The notes below the pieces were generated by a model. It searched no databases, had not been told where the DNA came from, and saw nothing but the letters and a program-made list of their open reading frames with translations. A program made the translations under genes and the position numbers. 64,000 nucleotides of DNA from assembly GCA_963540885.1 (NCBI GenBank), contig CAUTRK010000009.1:26-64025 (forward strand). The letters run 5' to 3'. The stretch is from an uncultured Fusobacterium sp. GTDB taxonomy: Bacteria; Bacillota; Clostridia; Lachnospirales; Lachnospiraceae. The stretch's first letter is position 1, and the number at the start of each line of letters is the position of its first letter. Below are positions 1-9,239 of the stretch, one piece after another.

Positions 1-77
1 ACTCAACTGGGTCTATCCGACCCACAATTATTTATCGCCGGGCGGTTTCGTTTCCTCCGCCGCCCGTCGGCTATAAC

Positions 78-181
78 AGGACGGGAGCCGTAGTTCGCGT
101 TCGAGTTCGAGAACCCATTGTTGCAGTTCCGATAGCGCGGAGACACGTTCGAGCCATTGTTCAAGTTGCCGCCGAAGAACG
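78..181 (-). repeat. DGR template repeat (TR)
   Basis: 104-nt copy of 321-424 that differs at 12 positions. All 12 are T on the plus strand (A on the coding strand) in this copy. In frame it reads as an AAC(Asn)-rich version of the fibre C-terminus. Confidence 0.85.
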
Positions 182-268
182 CAGACCGACTCAAGTGCTC
201 TTCCGAAGCCCTGAAGGTTTATAGTTACATTGGTTACTAAAGTTTTTACGCTGTGGCTATGCAGCATT

Positions 269-290
269 CGCGGGGGAGAAATCCCCCGCG
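269..290 (-). promoter_or_regulatory. GC-rich hairpin just downstream of the VR/stop codon (DGR target-recognition type hairpin)
   Basis: cgcggggga-gaaa-tcccccgcg forms a 9-bp stem with a 4-nt loop, 19 nt past the stop codon at 309-311. No U-run follows it on the minus strand. Confidence 0.55.
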
Positions 291-308
291 TGCCCTCTTA
301 AATGGTGT

Positions 309-2282
309 TCATCGCTTAAGAGGACGGGAGCCGTAGTACGCGTGCGAGCGCGAGAACCCATCGTTGCAGGACCGAGAGCGCGGAGACACGATCGAGCCAT
401 CGTTCAAGGCGCCGCCGAAGAACGGCCGCTGGCCGTTTTTATTCTTCCAGCAATACGCCGCCTCGTAGGTTTCCGAACCACCCGATACATCATCCGGCAT
501 CTGCAGGATCGGATAATCACGGAAGAAATATTCCTTCTTGATGTATCCGTTGAAGCTGTAATTTGCATCTCCGTCGCCGTTCAGTTTCAGCACTTCCGGA
601 AGCAGCACATAGCCGTCTCCGTAGGCATCCGAGTATTTGGACGGATCCTTGCAGACGTACATCTCCAGACCCATCTTGTCCTCGTTGAACTTAAGGTTCA
701 TGCCGTCAACGCCGGTGTGCAGCATTCCCCAGAAATCCTCGACCCACAGCGCACGGACGGAATGAACGCCGTCGTTCGGGCCGCAGGTTCCGTTCGGGCT
801 TGCCATGGATACGGTCGCGCCGGTCTTCTGTGCGCATCTCCATACCATCGACGTTCCCGCAGTGATATTGACCGCTGCGCCGTCGAAGGTGATGTCCGCG
901 GCATTGTCATAGCCTGCGCTTTCCGCGATCGCGGTGATAACCCGGTCACGCGCAATGGAAAAATTCCACATACCCGTGCCGATGCATACGGTCATGCCGA
1001 CGCGCATCTTTGTGGCATTTCCCTTGCTGATCGTGATCGTGTTCGTTCCGGTCGCGGTGTTGAGTGCCGCATAAGCTGTGCTGCCCGAATCACAGAAGCC
1101 ACGGCCAAATGTGGTGCGGAAGTTGGCGTTTGCGCTCATGATCTCCATAAGATAGGTCATGACTTCCCATGCCCACACATCAATGATCTGCCAGTCGGAG
1201 CCGTTTGTCTTGACAGAAGTTCTGTCCGCCGTGACGGTTCTGCTGTGGGCCGGGAACATGCCCGCCGCCGACACGAAATGCCCTGCGCCGTTCAGTGCGC
1301 CAAGGAAGATCGGGAAATAGAAGTGATCTGTTTCCGTCCCGTCTGCCCGCTTCATCAGTTCCCGGACGCTCACGCTGTGCGGATAGCGCGGCGAATCGGC
1401 GATGATCTTGTATTCCCAGTTCTGGCCGCTCTCGTCCTTCTGGAAGAAATGCGAGATATACATATCCGTCGGCACTTCATCCATGAGGGAAGTATCCTCC
1501 GCCGCCGTCCCTTCGGTCGCGTACCAGTCAAAGTCCGCGTCCCCGAGATAGGCAAGCACCGTGCCGTCCATTTTCAGGTTGCACGGCTTGATCTGGTTGT
1601 ACGGCCACATCTCCATGAGGTCATTCTGCACGGACTCGTCGCCCCGTGCGTACTCCACGGTTGCCCCGGTCGCCTGGCCGATCCTGGTCCATGTGGTCGT
1701 GCTCTGCGGCGTGCCGTCTGCCGTGCACTTCCGCTTGATGCCGACCATGCCCGCGCTTGCTTCTTCGAGCGCCGTCACCCTTACTTCCAGGTCTTCAAAA
1801 TCCTCGATGGATACCAGGCCGCCCGGGCTTACCTTGATCGTGATGCTCGTCGCATTGCCGACTGACATGTAGTCGATATACCGGAGAGAACCGGGTGCGA
1901 CATTGTTGTAGGCGGGCATCCAGTCCGGATGCTCCGGATCCGCAACGGTAATGGAATAAAGGATTTCCGCGCCGTCGCTTCCTTTTGCGAAGACGCCGAC
2001 CTCCGTTACATAGAAGCCCTCCGTCACTTCCAGGTTGGAAGCGTTCAGCGTCAGCTTGCAGGTCGCGTCGTTGACGACTTCCGCTTTCGTGACCGGATAA
2101 GTGGTCTTCGGAGATTTCAGCGCAGTCCTTGCGGCCAGTGCTTCCGTAGACTCGCTGCCCGTATAGGAACCGTTGCCAAGCTGGAACCGTGTAAATTCAA
2201 TGGAGCTGGATGTGCCCGCAAGGCATTTCGCATGGAGCGCCGAGCCTGCTGCCGTCAGCACCTTTTTATAATTTCCAAGCAT
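309..2282 (-). CDS. Tail fibre / receptor-binding protein, DGR target (C-terminal variable lectin-like region)
   Basis: 657-aa ORF that is last in the tail module. Its N-terminal ~170 aa are homologous to the 372-aa fibre protein at 3688-4806. The C-terminus contains the VR. Confidence 0.8.
   Translation of the reverse strand: MLGNYKKVLTAAGSALHAKCLAGTSSSIEFTRFQLGNGSYTGSESTEALAARTALKSPKTTYPVTKAEVVNDATCKLTLNASNLEVTEGFYVTEVGVFAKGSDGAEILYSITVADPEHPDWMPAYNNVAPGSLRYIDYMSVGNATSITIKVSPGGLVSIEDFEDLEVRVTALEEASAGMVGIKRKCTADGTPQSTTTWTRIGQATGATVEYARGDESVQNDLMEMWPYNQIKPCNLKMDGTVLAYLGDADFDWYATEGTAAEDTSLMDEVPTDMYISHFFQKDESGQNWEYKIIADSPRYPHSVSVRELMKRADGTETDHFYFPIFLGALNGAGHFVSAAGMFPAHSRTVTADRTSVKTNGSDWQIIDVWAWEVMTYLMEIMSANANFRTTFGRGFCDSGSTAYAALNTATGTNTITISKGNATKMRVGMTVCIGTGMWNFSIARDRVITAIAESAGYDNAADITFDGAAVNITAGTSMVWRCAQKTGATVSMASPNGTCGPNDGVHSVRALWVEDFWGMLHTGVDGMNLKFNEDKMGLEMYVCKDPSKYSDAYGDGYVLLPEVLKLNGDGDANYSFNGYIKKEYFFRDYPILQMPDDVSGGSETYEAAYCWKNKNGQRPFFGGALNDGSIVSPRSRSCNDGFSRSHAYYGSRPLKR
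321..424 (-). repeat. DGR variable repeat (VR) inside the 3' end of the fibre gene
   Basis: Offset by 243 nt from the TR. The 12 mismatches all fall at TR adenines. It encodes ..FFGGALNDGSIVSPRSRSCNDGFSRSHAYYGSRP. Confidence 0.85.
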
Positions 2283-2338
2283 GTTTTATCCTCCTGATGA
2301 TATTCTTCAAGCGCCGCCCCCTGGCGCGTGAATTTGGT

Positions 2339-3691
2339 TTAATAAACAATGACTGCCTGAATGAAGCAAAGTGTCGCGGCTCCGCTGTCGGCTGTGCACT
2401 GTACTTTGATCACATCGCCTTTTTTTACCGCGAACGATTTGTTGAACATAGTGTTTCGCCAATAGTAACTCGTTCCGGTAAGGTCTCTGTTATCCACAAC
2501 ACTGCCGTTCTTCATGATCCGGCACAGTCCGTTTCCGCTTGCGTTATACTTTGCGGCAATTCCGCCGTAGTATACCGTTCCGTCCTCCGGCATGGTGAAT
2601 TCCTGTGTTTCGTCAATGTCGGTCTGGCCTGAACCAAATCCGCGAATCGCCTGTGCTGCGATAACCTTCTTGTTCCCGTACCATGTTCCGGTAATGCCTG
2701 CAAACGTCGTTCCTTTTTTGATGGTTGCGGCAGTCAGCGCCATGGTCCCCGTGATCTTTCCGTCTTTTCCATACGCTGTTTTGCTTTTCAATATCTGGTC
2801 TGCGGTTGCTGTCGCGTCAGATCCATAGGTGCCTTTGAGTCCGGCAATGGTCGTGCCGTTCTTAATGACCGACGCGACAATGCCGAGTGCTTCACGCACC
2901 TGCGCAAATGTCCTGGAAAGATAGTTCCCTTTCGTATACCGCCCCGTCTCCGGCACGGTATAGCGGAGCTGTGAGCTGCCAGTGTCGGCTGTGCAGGCGC
3001 TGGCCGCTACGTTGCCTTTGTCCGGCATGGCTCCGTCCCGGTATGCGCCGTTTACCCATGCGCCGTATCCGTCAAGAATCTGCGCCGCCGCTGCCGCGCT
3101 GTCCCCGGACTTCGGCTGTGTCTGCGAGGATAATGTCGCCGCCTTGACGCTGCCTGCCTGGTGGAAACCTTTTTGTATCTTGTATTCCTCCCCGCAGTTC
3201 AGCGTTGCCGCTGCCGCCGCAAAATCTCCCGCTTCTCCGATCTGCCTCCCGTCCTTGTCGTAATAAACTTTGCCGTCTCTTACGTCCGCTGTGGTGGCTG
3301 TCGAATCGTTCCCGTAGGTTCCCGCGATTCCCCCGGCCTCTTCCCCGTTGGCAATCACTCCCGGTTCAATCCCGATTTCTGCTGGATACACGCCGACATA
3401 AGCAGTGTTGTCTCCCGGATACTTTCCATCCGGCGGGATAATGGCGATCTGCTTGTCTCCGTTGGTATCCGTCGTAACAGAGACGCCGACAGACTGATGG
3501 ACCGGCACATTCGGACGGGACGCAGAATACCCCGGCGCTCCGTACTGCTTCTGCCGGTCGATCATGGTTCCTTCCTGCGGTTCTTCGTCCCCGGCTCCGA
3601 TGAATGCTTTCCCTTCCAGTACGTCCGCCGGTTCTGCTGTCAGCGCGTCATAATCCACCGTGTCGCCGCCCGGTATCATTCTGAGGATCAT
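2339..3691 (-). CDS. Tail fibre-associated protein with internal repeats
   Basis: The motif A(D/A)x(I/V)LxGKxxY..G...G(T/A) recurs about 5 times (ADVLEGKAF, ADVRDGKVYY, AAQILDGYGAW, ADQILKSKTAY, TIKKGTTFAG). The start at 3691 forms an ATGA overlap with the upstream stop. Confidence 0.6.
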   Translation of the reverse strand: MILRMIPGGDTVDYDALTAEPADVLEGKAFIGAGDEEPQEGTMIDRQKQYGAPGYSASRPNVPVHQSVGVSVTTDTNGDKQIAIIPPDGKYPGDNTAYVGVYPAEIGIEPGVIANGEEAGGIAGTYGNDSTATTADVRDGKVYYDKDGRQIGEAGDFAAAAATLNCGEEYKIQKGFHQAGSVKAATLSSQTQPKSGDSAAAAAQILDGYGAWVNGAYRDGAMPDKGNVAASACTADTGSSQLRYTVPETGRYTKGNYLSRTFAQVREALGIVASVIKNGTTIAGLKGTYGSDATATADQILKSKTAYGKDGKITGTMALTAATIKKGTTFAGITGTWYGNKKVIAAQAIRGFGSGQTDIDETQEFTMPEDGTVYYGGIAAKYNASGNGLCRIMKNGSVVDNRDLTGTSYYWRNTMFNKSFAVKKGDVIKVQCTADSGAATLCFIQAVIVY

Positions 3692-4806
3692 GCGCTCACC
3701 CCCTTGATTTTCAGGCCGAAATCCGCCTGCGGGCATCTCTCACAGCATATCAGCCTGATCTTTCCCGCCATTCCTTCCGCATATCCTTTCCCAAAGAACA
3801 AGGATGCTGCTTTCTTCTCTGCCAGGATTCCCGCCGCCGTTTCAGCAATGATGTTCTGCCACACTTCCGCGTCCGTGCTTTCTGTCATGTCCGAAACGGT
3901 AATCTCCTGCGTAAAGATCGTAATACCGCCGGAGCTTCCTTCCGTCCAGCTTGCCGCTCTTGCGGTCACGGCAACTTCGGAAAGTTTTTTCTCCACATTC
4001 TCTGTTCTGATTTTCAGCGCCGCTATGGCGTTTTTGTTTTCCGTGATCTGCTGCTGCAGGGTGGCTGATGCTTCCGAGCCAAGCGGGAGTTTGAAGTATC
4101 CATACTCCCCGGACTGCAATAGCTGCCATACATAGATTTCCGAACTGTCGGTATCCACATAGATTGCATCGGCCTGTCCCGTCTCCGGGAAGTCGGCAAG
4201 CGACCTTGATACCACATTGGTATCCGCCCATCCATATTCGTTTTCGATGGACGATGATTTTTTCAGGTATTGCCCGCCGCTGCCGCCTGAAAGCCCCGCA
4301 ATGATCCGCAGCACACTGTTTCGGAATGCGGTATACTCTGCCGCCGACACATGCGCACCGTCCATGTTGATCGTCACGGAGGAGGAATTGGCGACTTCCA
4401 GATTGATTCTCTGAACGATATTGCTGTATCCCACGCCGTTGTAAGCGGGAACGTAGGTTGACTGCGACTCCGCCGCAAGGACGGCATAAAGAATCGTTCC
4501 TTCGTCCGGATCCTGCGCCATGATCCCGGCCTCGTTGAGATAATAAAGCTCCGTCAGGCTTTCGTTCGTGATGTTCACCGTCACGACCACTGTTGACGGG
4601 TTGCCGTCCGGGATGGAGATGTCGGAAAACGCGAACTGCTGCCTCGGTTCCTTCAGGGCGTTTGCATACTCCAAGTCTTCATCCGCCGCCCAAAGCCCGG
4701 AGCCTGTGACAAATCCCGTAAACTCAATGTTCGTGAGATCCGCCTGTGCCTTTGCGATAAGCTGCTGCCCCTTCCTTGTCAGGGCATACCGTGTAAATAT
4801 TGCCAT
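3688..4806 (-). CDS. Tail fibre protein (tail-collar fibre N-terminal domain)
   Basis: 372 aa. The N-terminus (..IEFTGFVTGSG.., ..EAGIMAQDPDEGTILYAV..) is paralogous to the N-terminus of 309-2282. It follows the baseplate genes. Confidence 0.65.
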   Translation of the reverse strand: MAIFTRYALTRKGQQLIAKAQADLTNIEFTGFVTGSGLWAADEDLEYANALKEPRQQFAFSDISIPDGNPSTVVVTVNITNESLTELYYLNEAGIMAQDPDEGTILYAVLAAESQSTYVPAYNGVGYSNIVQRINLEVANSSSVTINMDGAHVSAAEYTAFRNSVLRIIAGLSGGSGGQYLKKSSSIENEYGWADTNVVSRSLADFPETGQADAIYVDTDSSEIYVWQLLQSGEYGYFKLPLGSEASATLQQQITENKNAIAALKIRTENVEKKLSEVAVTARAASWTEGSSGGITIFTQEITVSDMTESTDAEVWQNIIAETAAGILAEKKAASLFFGKGYAEGMAGKIRLICCERCPQADFGLKIKGVSA

Positions 4807-4819
4807 GCCAAAACGCCTC

Positions 4820-5632
4820 CTACATTAGTACCGACAAAGTGTCCTGAACGACCGCAAGGCCGGTATAGATTCCTTCCGGCCACTCGTATTCCCCTATGGT
4901 TTCCACGGTCACGGAAAGAGAGTCATAAGCCACGCCTATTGCAAGATGAAGCGGAACCTCCGTCTCCTGCTCCCGCTCCTTGCGAAACAGCGCGATATCT
5001 TCCACCAGCTCCGAGACTTCCCCGAGCGCGAAATATTCTCCAATCGGATATCCCTGTCCCGGGTCGTTCACATTGATATCGTTCGTGAGCATGGTCTTTT
5101 CATCCCACGCCGTCCCGAACAGATGCTTCCAGTCCGCGTCCACATCCCGGATTCCGGTAATAGACGCAAGGACGGAGCGGACATTTTTCACGCTGCGGAT
5201 GATCTGCTCAATCCTTGCCGCTGTCGTTGGTGAAAACTGCGCCGTCGTCTCGATCTCGAACATGTACGGATCCAGTCCGTTCTCGAACCACTCCGTCACC
5301 TTTCCGCTTCCGAAAACCGTATTGACCATTCTCTCGACGGCTGCCGTCGTGCCGGACTGCATTTCATTGATGATCGCATCTTTCAGCATTTGCCGTCTGG
5401 TTGCTTCGTCTGCGGTATCGTCGTAATACGGCGCGTCGATCTCTGCCGCCAGCGCGTCCACCACCTCGATATCCAGGCTGTCAACATCCGTGTTGACCAT
5501 GGATTTCAGCGTCCAGTCCCGCAGTCTTTGCGACGCGGCCCGCAGCGCCCAGGACAAAGCCCGTACTTTCGGCAGCTTCCTCATTGGTTCCGGGCAGAGT
5601 TCGTAAAACATGACATCGAATAAATCAGTCAT
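4820..5632 (-). CDS. Baseplate protein (P2 gpI / XkdU-like position)
   Basis: 270 aa, immediately downstream of and overlapping the baseplate J-like gene. It ends in a TAG stop. Confidence 0.5.
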   Translation of the reverse strand: MTDLFDVMFYELCPEPMRKLPKVRALSWALRAASQRLRDWTLKSMVNTDVDSLDIEVVDALAAEIDAPYYDDTADEATRRQMLKDAIINEMQSGTTAAVERMVNTVFGSGKVTEWFENGLDPYMFEIETTAQFSPTTAARIEQIIRSVKNVRSVLASITGIRDVDADWKHLFGTAWDEKTMLTNDINVNDPGQGYPIGEYFALGEVSELVEDIALFRKEREQETEVPLHLAIGVAYDSLSVTVETIGEYEWPEGIYTGLAVVQDTLSVLM

Positions 5633-6770
5633 TTTCCACGCCTCCGTAAGTAATGGTCTTCGTCCCGAATGTCGGCACTGCTCCCGCCGGAACGACGGTA
5701 AATGCCGGAGCGCTCAATACGACTCGCTTTGCACCCGCTGCCATGACGAGACGGACAAGGTAATCCGGAACGATATCCCGCCCGATTACCCCGGTCTGCC
5801 ATGCGATATAATCCTCGACCGCCTGCGCTACCTGTGACTGTATCGCCGCCGCCTGGTTCCGCTCCGAATAGTTGATGTAGTAGGTGAAGCTGATATTGAA
5901 TGTCACCTGCCCCACCGGCTCGATCTGCACGGTATCCGTCAGCGGCCTGCGCGTCTTTTCTGACAGGAAGCTGACCAACCCTTCCAGGAATGCCGCGTCC
6001 GGTGTGCTCTTATCCTTCATCAGCAGATATATCTTGACCACGCCCGGCGTTCCGTCTTCTATATAGGCATCTTCTATCAGGCTCGAATAGCTCATGATCC
6101 AGAACTTGTAGGCATCTTCCGAACCGGCTGTGTTCCACTCTGCCCGGGCGGAATAAATCCGCTGCCGCAGCTCGTCGTCTGTCTCCGCGTCCGTGCCGCC
6201 CTGCGTCTCTGATATGTTTGCCACGCTTGCCACATAACCGATGCGGTCAACGAGTGTGTTCAGCTTTCCGGTTTCTATGCCATTCTTGCCGCTTCCGACT
6301 TCCGTGCATGTGCAGGACACATCAATATAGGTGCTGCCTATAGGAATCTCCGCGTACTCGTCTGTCGCAAAGTATGTCCCGCTGCCGTCTGATACCCGCG
6401 TGCCTGCAGGTATGGCGATAACAGAGCTTTGCGCCGCCTGGAGCGTGAATCGAACCGTCGTTACTGCCGCGTCGCCCTCTGACCGCGTAATACCGAACCG
6501 CGCCGCGTAGTTATCCAGATACGCCCCGGTCGCATATTTGAGCATGTTCATCTTGCCCATATTGTCGATCCAGAGCGCCTGCTGATATGTCCGGTCTGAA
6601 TTGACCATGATCAGGATTTTCCACGGCGACGCATCCGGGAGAACGAGAGTGTTCCCCGTGATCTCCTTATACTTTGCCTGGAAGTCTGCCAGCTCATAGG
6701 CGTATTCCTGTTCCAGTGTCAGATTTTCTATGAAACTGACCTCTGGTATCTTGTCAAATACTGTTGCCAT
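5625..6770 (-). CDS. Baseplate J-like protein
   Basis: 381 aa with size, position and sequence character typical of gpJ/XkdT baseplate wedge proteins. Confidence 0.75.
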   Translation of the reverse strand: MATVFDKIPEVSFIENLTLEQEYAYELADFQAKYKEITGNTLVLPDASPWKILIMVNSDRTYQQALWIDNMGKMNMLKYATGAYLDNYAARFGITRSEGDAAVTTVRFTLQAAQSSVIAIPAGTRVSDGSGTYFATDEYAEIPIGSTYIDVSCTCTEVGSGKNGIETGKLNTLVDRIGYVASVANISETQGGTDAETDDELRQRIYSARAEWNTAGSEDAYKFWIMSYSSLIEDAYIEDGTPGVVKIYLLMKDKSTPDAAFLEGLVSFLSEKTRRPLTDTVQIEPVGQVTFNISFTYYINYSERNQAAAIQSQVAQAVEDYIAWQTGVIGRDIVPDYLVRLVMAAGAKRVVLSAPAFTVVPAGAVPTFGTKTITYGGVEND

Positions 6771-6771
6771 A

Positions 6772-7140
6772 TCATCCCTCCAGCTCGTTCACCCAGAAAT
6801 CGTACATGTGACCGTCGTCCTCCACGGTCGTTGCTTCCCCTTCGTATCCGTCGTTTTCCGAAACACTGATAACCGGCGTAAGAATGCCCTGCGCGAAATC
6901 GGACTTATCCCATGTCACCTCGTCCACAATGACGCGAGGCTCGTATCTGTCCACCTTCTCCGTCGCTTCCACGGAAAACTCATTCATGGCAATCTCCATC
7001 GGAAGCGAAAGCATGTTGGTTGCAATGCCAAAATCCCGGTCCAGGACCACCGTCCCGGCGGTGATGGAAAACAGCGTCCGCAGGCTTTGCAGGATATCCT
7101 TACTGTATGCTCCCTGAAATATCGGTGCGTTGATCTGCAT
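6772..7140 (-). CDS. Baseplate wedge protein (gpW/gp25-like)
   Basis: 122 aa from the ATG at 7140, preceded by AAGGAGG. Sits between the gpU-like and J-like genes. Confidence 0.5.
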   Translation of the reverse strand: MQINAPIFQGAYSKDILQSLRTLFSITAGTVVLDRDFGIATNMLSLPMEIAMNEFSVEATEKVDRYEPRVIVDEVTWDKSDFAQGILTPVISVSENDGYEGEATTVEDDGHMYDFWVNELEG

Positions 7141-7151
7141 ATCCCGCCTCC

Positions 7152-7550
7152 TTAGTAAACGTATTCCCGGAACGTAAGCTGCAGGTTCGCCTGATAGATT
7201 CCGCCGTCCCACATCACAACATTGTATGCTTCGGACATGGATTCAATCGCCATACGGTACTGACTCATTCTTCTGCCGCCAATGACCAGGTGCGCCGTCT
7301 TTCCGGTTCGTACGGCCCGCTCGATCTTCCGTATCATGGTTGCCGGGCGCACGCCAAGCGACGCGTCAAGCGTGATCTCCAGCGACGCCTCATCCAGATC
7401 CGGGCCTTGAAAATAACTGATTGGCTTCCCGTATACCGGCGTAAGCGTGCCCCATCTCCCTTTGACGGTCTTCTGCATGTTTCGGAAGGTAAGCACGCGG
7501 TCGTCCGATACTCTGAATCGTATGATCGATCCGAAATTGCCGATAGCCAT
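7152..7550 (-). CDS. Phage tail protein, P2 GpU-like
   Basis: 132 aa. The pattern IGNFG..F......GKP.S.FQGPDLDE.SLEI.L......HLVIGG..... resembles the GpU family layout. Confidence 0.45.
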   Translation of the reverse strand: MAIGNFGSIIRFRVSDDRVLTFRNMQKTVKGRWGTLTPVYGKPISYFQGPDLDEASLEITLDASLGVRPATMIRKIERAVRTGKTAHLVIGGRRMSQYRMAIESMSEAYNVVMWDGGIYQANLQLTFREYVY

Positions 7551-7562
7551 ATGCTCCCCTCC

Positions 7563-7925
7563 TTACGTTCCGACTTTTGCTTCCAGCGCTTCGATGCGCT
7601 TTAAGATATTCCCTACGGTATCGCTGCCCCCGGAGTCCCTAAGAAGCAGGCTTCCGTTTGAGAAATCGAGGACGGCCTGTGAGATTCCAGCTCCGGCCAT
7701 CTTCTGCGCTTCGTTGTGCAGGATCCCCAGCACCACGCCCTCCTCGCTGCCGTTTCCCATGTGGGCGACGGCTACCATGTCGCCGACCTGCGGCGCTCTG
7801 TACAGCCCGTTTGCCAGCACTGGGAGCGGTGTTGTTGCCCCGGTTCCTCTGTCCGGATATGTGACCGCCACCATGCCGGAAGCATCTACCGAGGACACCC
7901 TGCCGATTCTTACTATGTCGTCCAT
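7563..7925 (-). CDS. Baseplate spike / gpV-like (XkdR-like) protein
   Basis: 120 aa. The N-terminal OB-like segment RIGRVSSVD...VGDMVAVAH..G..EGVVLG is typical of baseplate assembly protein V. Confidence 0.55.
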   Translation of the reverse strand: MDDIVRIGRVSSVDASGMVAVTYPDRGTGATTPLPVLANGLYRAPQVGDMVAVAHMGNGSEEGVVLGILHNEAQKMAGAGISQAVLDFSNGSLLLRDSGGSDTVGNILKRIEALEAKVGT

Positions 7926-7934
7926 ATCCTTCTC

Positions 7935-8993
7935 CTACTGTATAAGCGTCGGTATCTTGTAGGCTTCAATGCTCTCCGAGAAGTTCCCGTTGCTTACCGA
8001 GTAGGTAACTTTCTTCACGAAGTACCGCCCGTCCACCCGTCCGCCGAACAGCTCCAATGTCACGACGGAAGATGCCGCGATAAAGCGCGGGACCGTCAGC
8101 CCAAAAGTCACGGTTGCCGCATCCCGGTTCGCATCATTCAGTGCGTTCCTGGCTTTTTCCAGTGCCTCCGCTTCCGTCTTAACAGACTGGTTCAGCGTGA
8201 GCAGCCGTTCCGGCGTGCCTACAGATACGTCAATGGTTGTTTTCTTCTTTGAGTCCGTATAGGCCAGCCGTGCCCCCGTATAGCTGCCCTGTGCCGTCGA
8301 TGTGAAATGGCAGTCTGTGCAGATATCGCCGTTCACCGTCAGCACGGATTCCTTCGCTTCATATGTGGCAAGGTCATAGATGATCACCTTGTCGGCATAG
8401 ACCTTGATTTTCTTTCCGTAGTCGTCGCAGAGCTTTTTCAGGAAGTCAGAGTCCGTCTGTTTGGACTGCTCCACGGATTCAATGATTGCCGTGTCCGCAG
8501 CATCGAACAAAAGCGCAAGCCCGGCATTCCCGACCATTTCCTCCGCGATCTTTTTCAGCGTAACGGCCTGCCATATCTTCGACTTCTCCGTTACCGTAAA
8601 GTCCTGGAAAATAGGTTTGGAGACCGCTTCAAAATCAATCACTCTGGATGGCCATGTCAGATCCACGGTATCCACATAGAACGCGCCGCATGGATATTCC
8701 ATATCCGGCCAGTTGTCCGGCGTGTAAATCAATGTCGGCTCTATGCGGTCATAGGGATCCGGATACCAGTTGTTCCCCCATCGTCCGTCTATGTTGTCGC
8801 ACTGCATGGATATCCGGTCGGAATTGCTGTGCGCTTCATCCGTATAGGAGAAGGAAGCGAGTGCACTGCTGAAAACCTTCGTCGCGTCCACCGCCATGTA
8901 TTTAATCCCGACATTGACGCGTCTCGTCCCCCGTATCGGCGCGACATAAAATCCCCCGCCTGGTCCGTAACCGTATGCCATCACTGCCTCCAT
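7935..8993 (-). CDS. Late control gene D-like tail/baseplate hub protein
   Basis: 352 aa located between the gpX-like and gpV-like genes, as in P2-type tails. Confidence 0.6.
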   Translation of the reverse strand: MEAVMAYGYGPGGGFYVAPIRGTRRVNVGIKYMAVDATKVFSSALASFSYTDEAHSNSDRISMQCDNIDGRWGNNWYPDPYDRIEPTLIYTPDNWPDMEYPCGAFYVDTVDLTWPSRVIDFEAVSKPIFQDFTVTEKSKIWQAVTLKKIAEEMVGNAGLALLFDAADTAIIESVEQSKQTDSDFLKKLCDDYGKKIKVYADKVIIYDLATYEAKESVLTVNGDICTDCHFTSTAQGSYTGARLAYTDSKKKTTIDVSVGTPERLLTLNQSVKTEAEALEKARNALNDANRDAATVTFGLTVPRFIAASSVVTLELFGGRVDGRYFVKKVTYSVSNGNFSESIEAYKIPTLIQ

Positions 8994-9181
8994 ATCGGGA
9001 GTGAGATATCCGAGCCGAATGTGATCTCCGGGCAGGAAAGCTCTGCTCCCGCGCTGAAAATGATTGTGCGGAGATATTCCGGATTGGCTGCCATCAGAAT
9101 GTCTGCCTTCATCTCATCCCCGTATACTTCCTTCGCGATCTGGTCCCACATGTCCCCGGATTTCGTAATGTATGTCGTCAT
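8981..9181 (-). CDS. Tail protein X (LysM-like)
   Basis: 66 aa reading YITKSGDMWDQIAKEVYGDE....ANPE....F.AG..L..P, which matches the gpX pattern. Lies directly after the tape measure gene. Confidence 0.7.
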   Translation of the reverse strand: MTTYITKSGDMWDQIAKEVYGDEMKADILMAANPEYLRTIIFSAGAELSCPEITFGSDISLPIWRQ

Positions 9182-9239
9182 ATCTCACCCCATAAAAGAT
9201 TTGCGGGTGACATCTCTGCCGCCCGCAAACCCTGCTGCC

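Noticed and set aside
3-267. ORFs 3-194 and 28-267 (minus strand) as real genes; the 79-aa one as a possible Avd accessory protein.
   Set aside because: The first is simply the TR read in the fibre frame. The second overlaps the TR in another frame, is too short for a typical ~110-130-aa Avd, and has no RBS that I could see.
342-1865. Long plus-strand ORFs antisense to minus-strand genes. Examples: 342-1865, 3161-4135, 8307-9323, 14047-15285, 45353-46297, 47277-48260, 49846-51354, 51084-52469, 56874-58063, 59458-60438, 60526-61518.
   Set aside because: They have Arg/Pro/His-rich, low-complexity translations typical of the antisense frame of GC-rich genes. The opposite strand carries recognisable proteins over the same coordinates.
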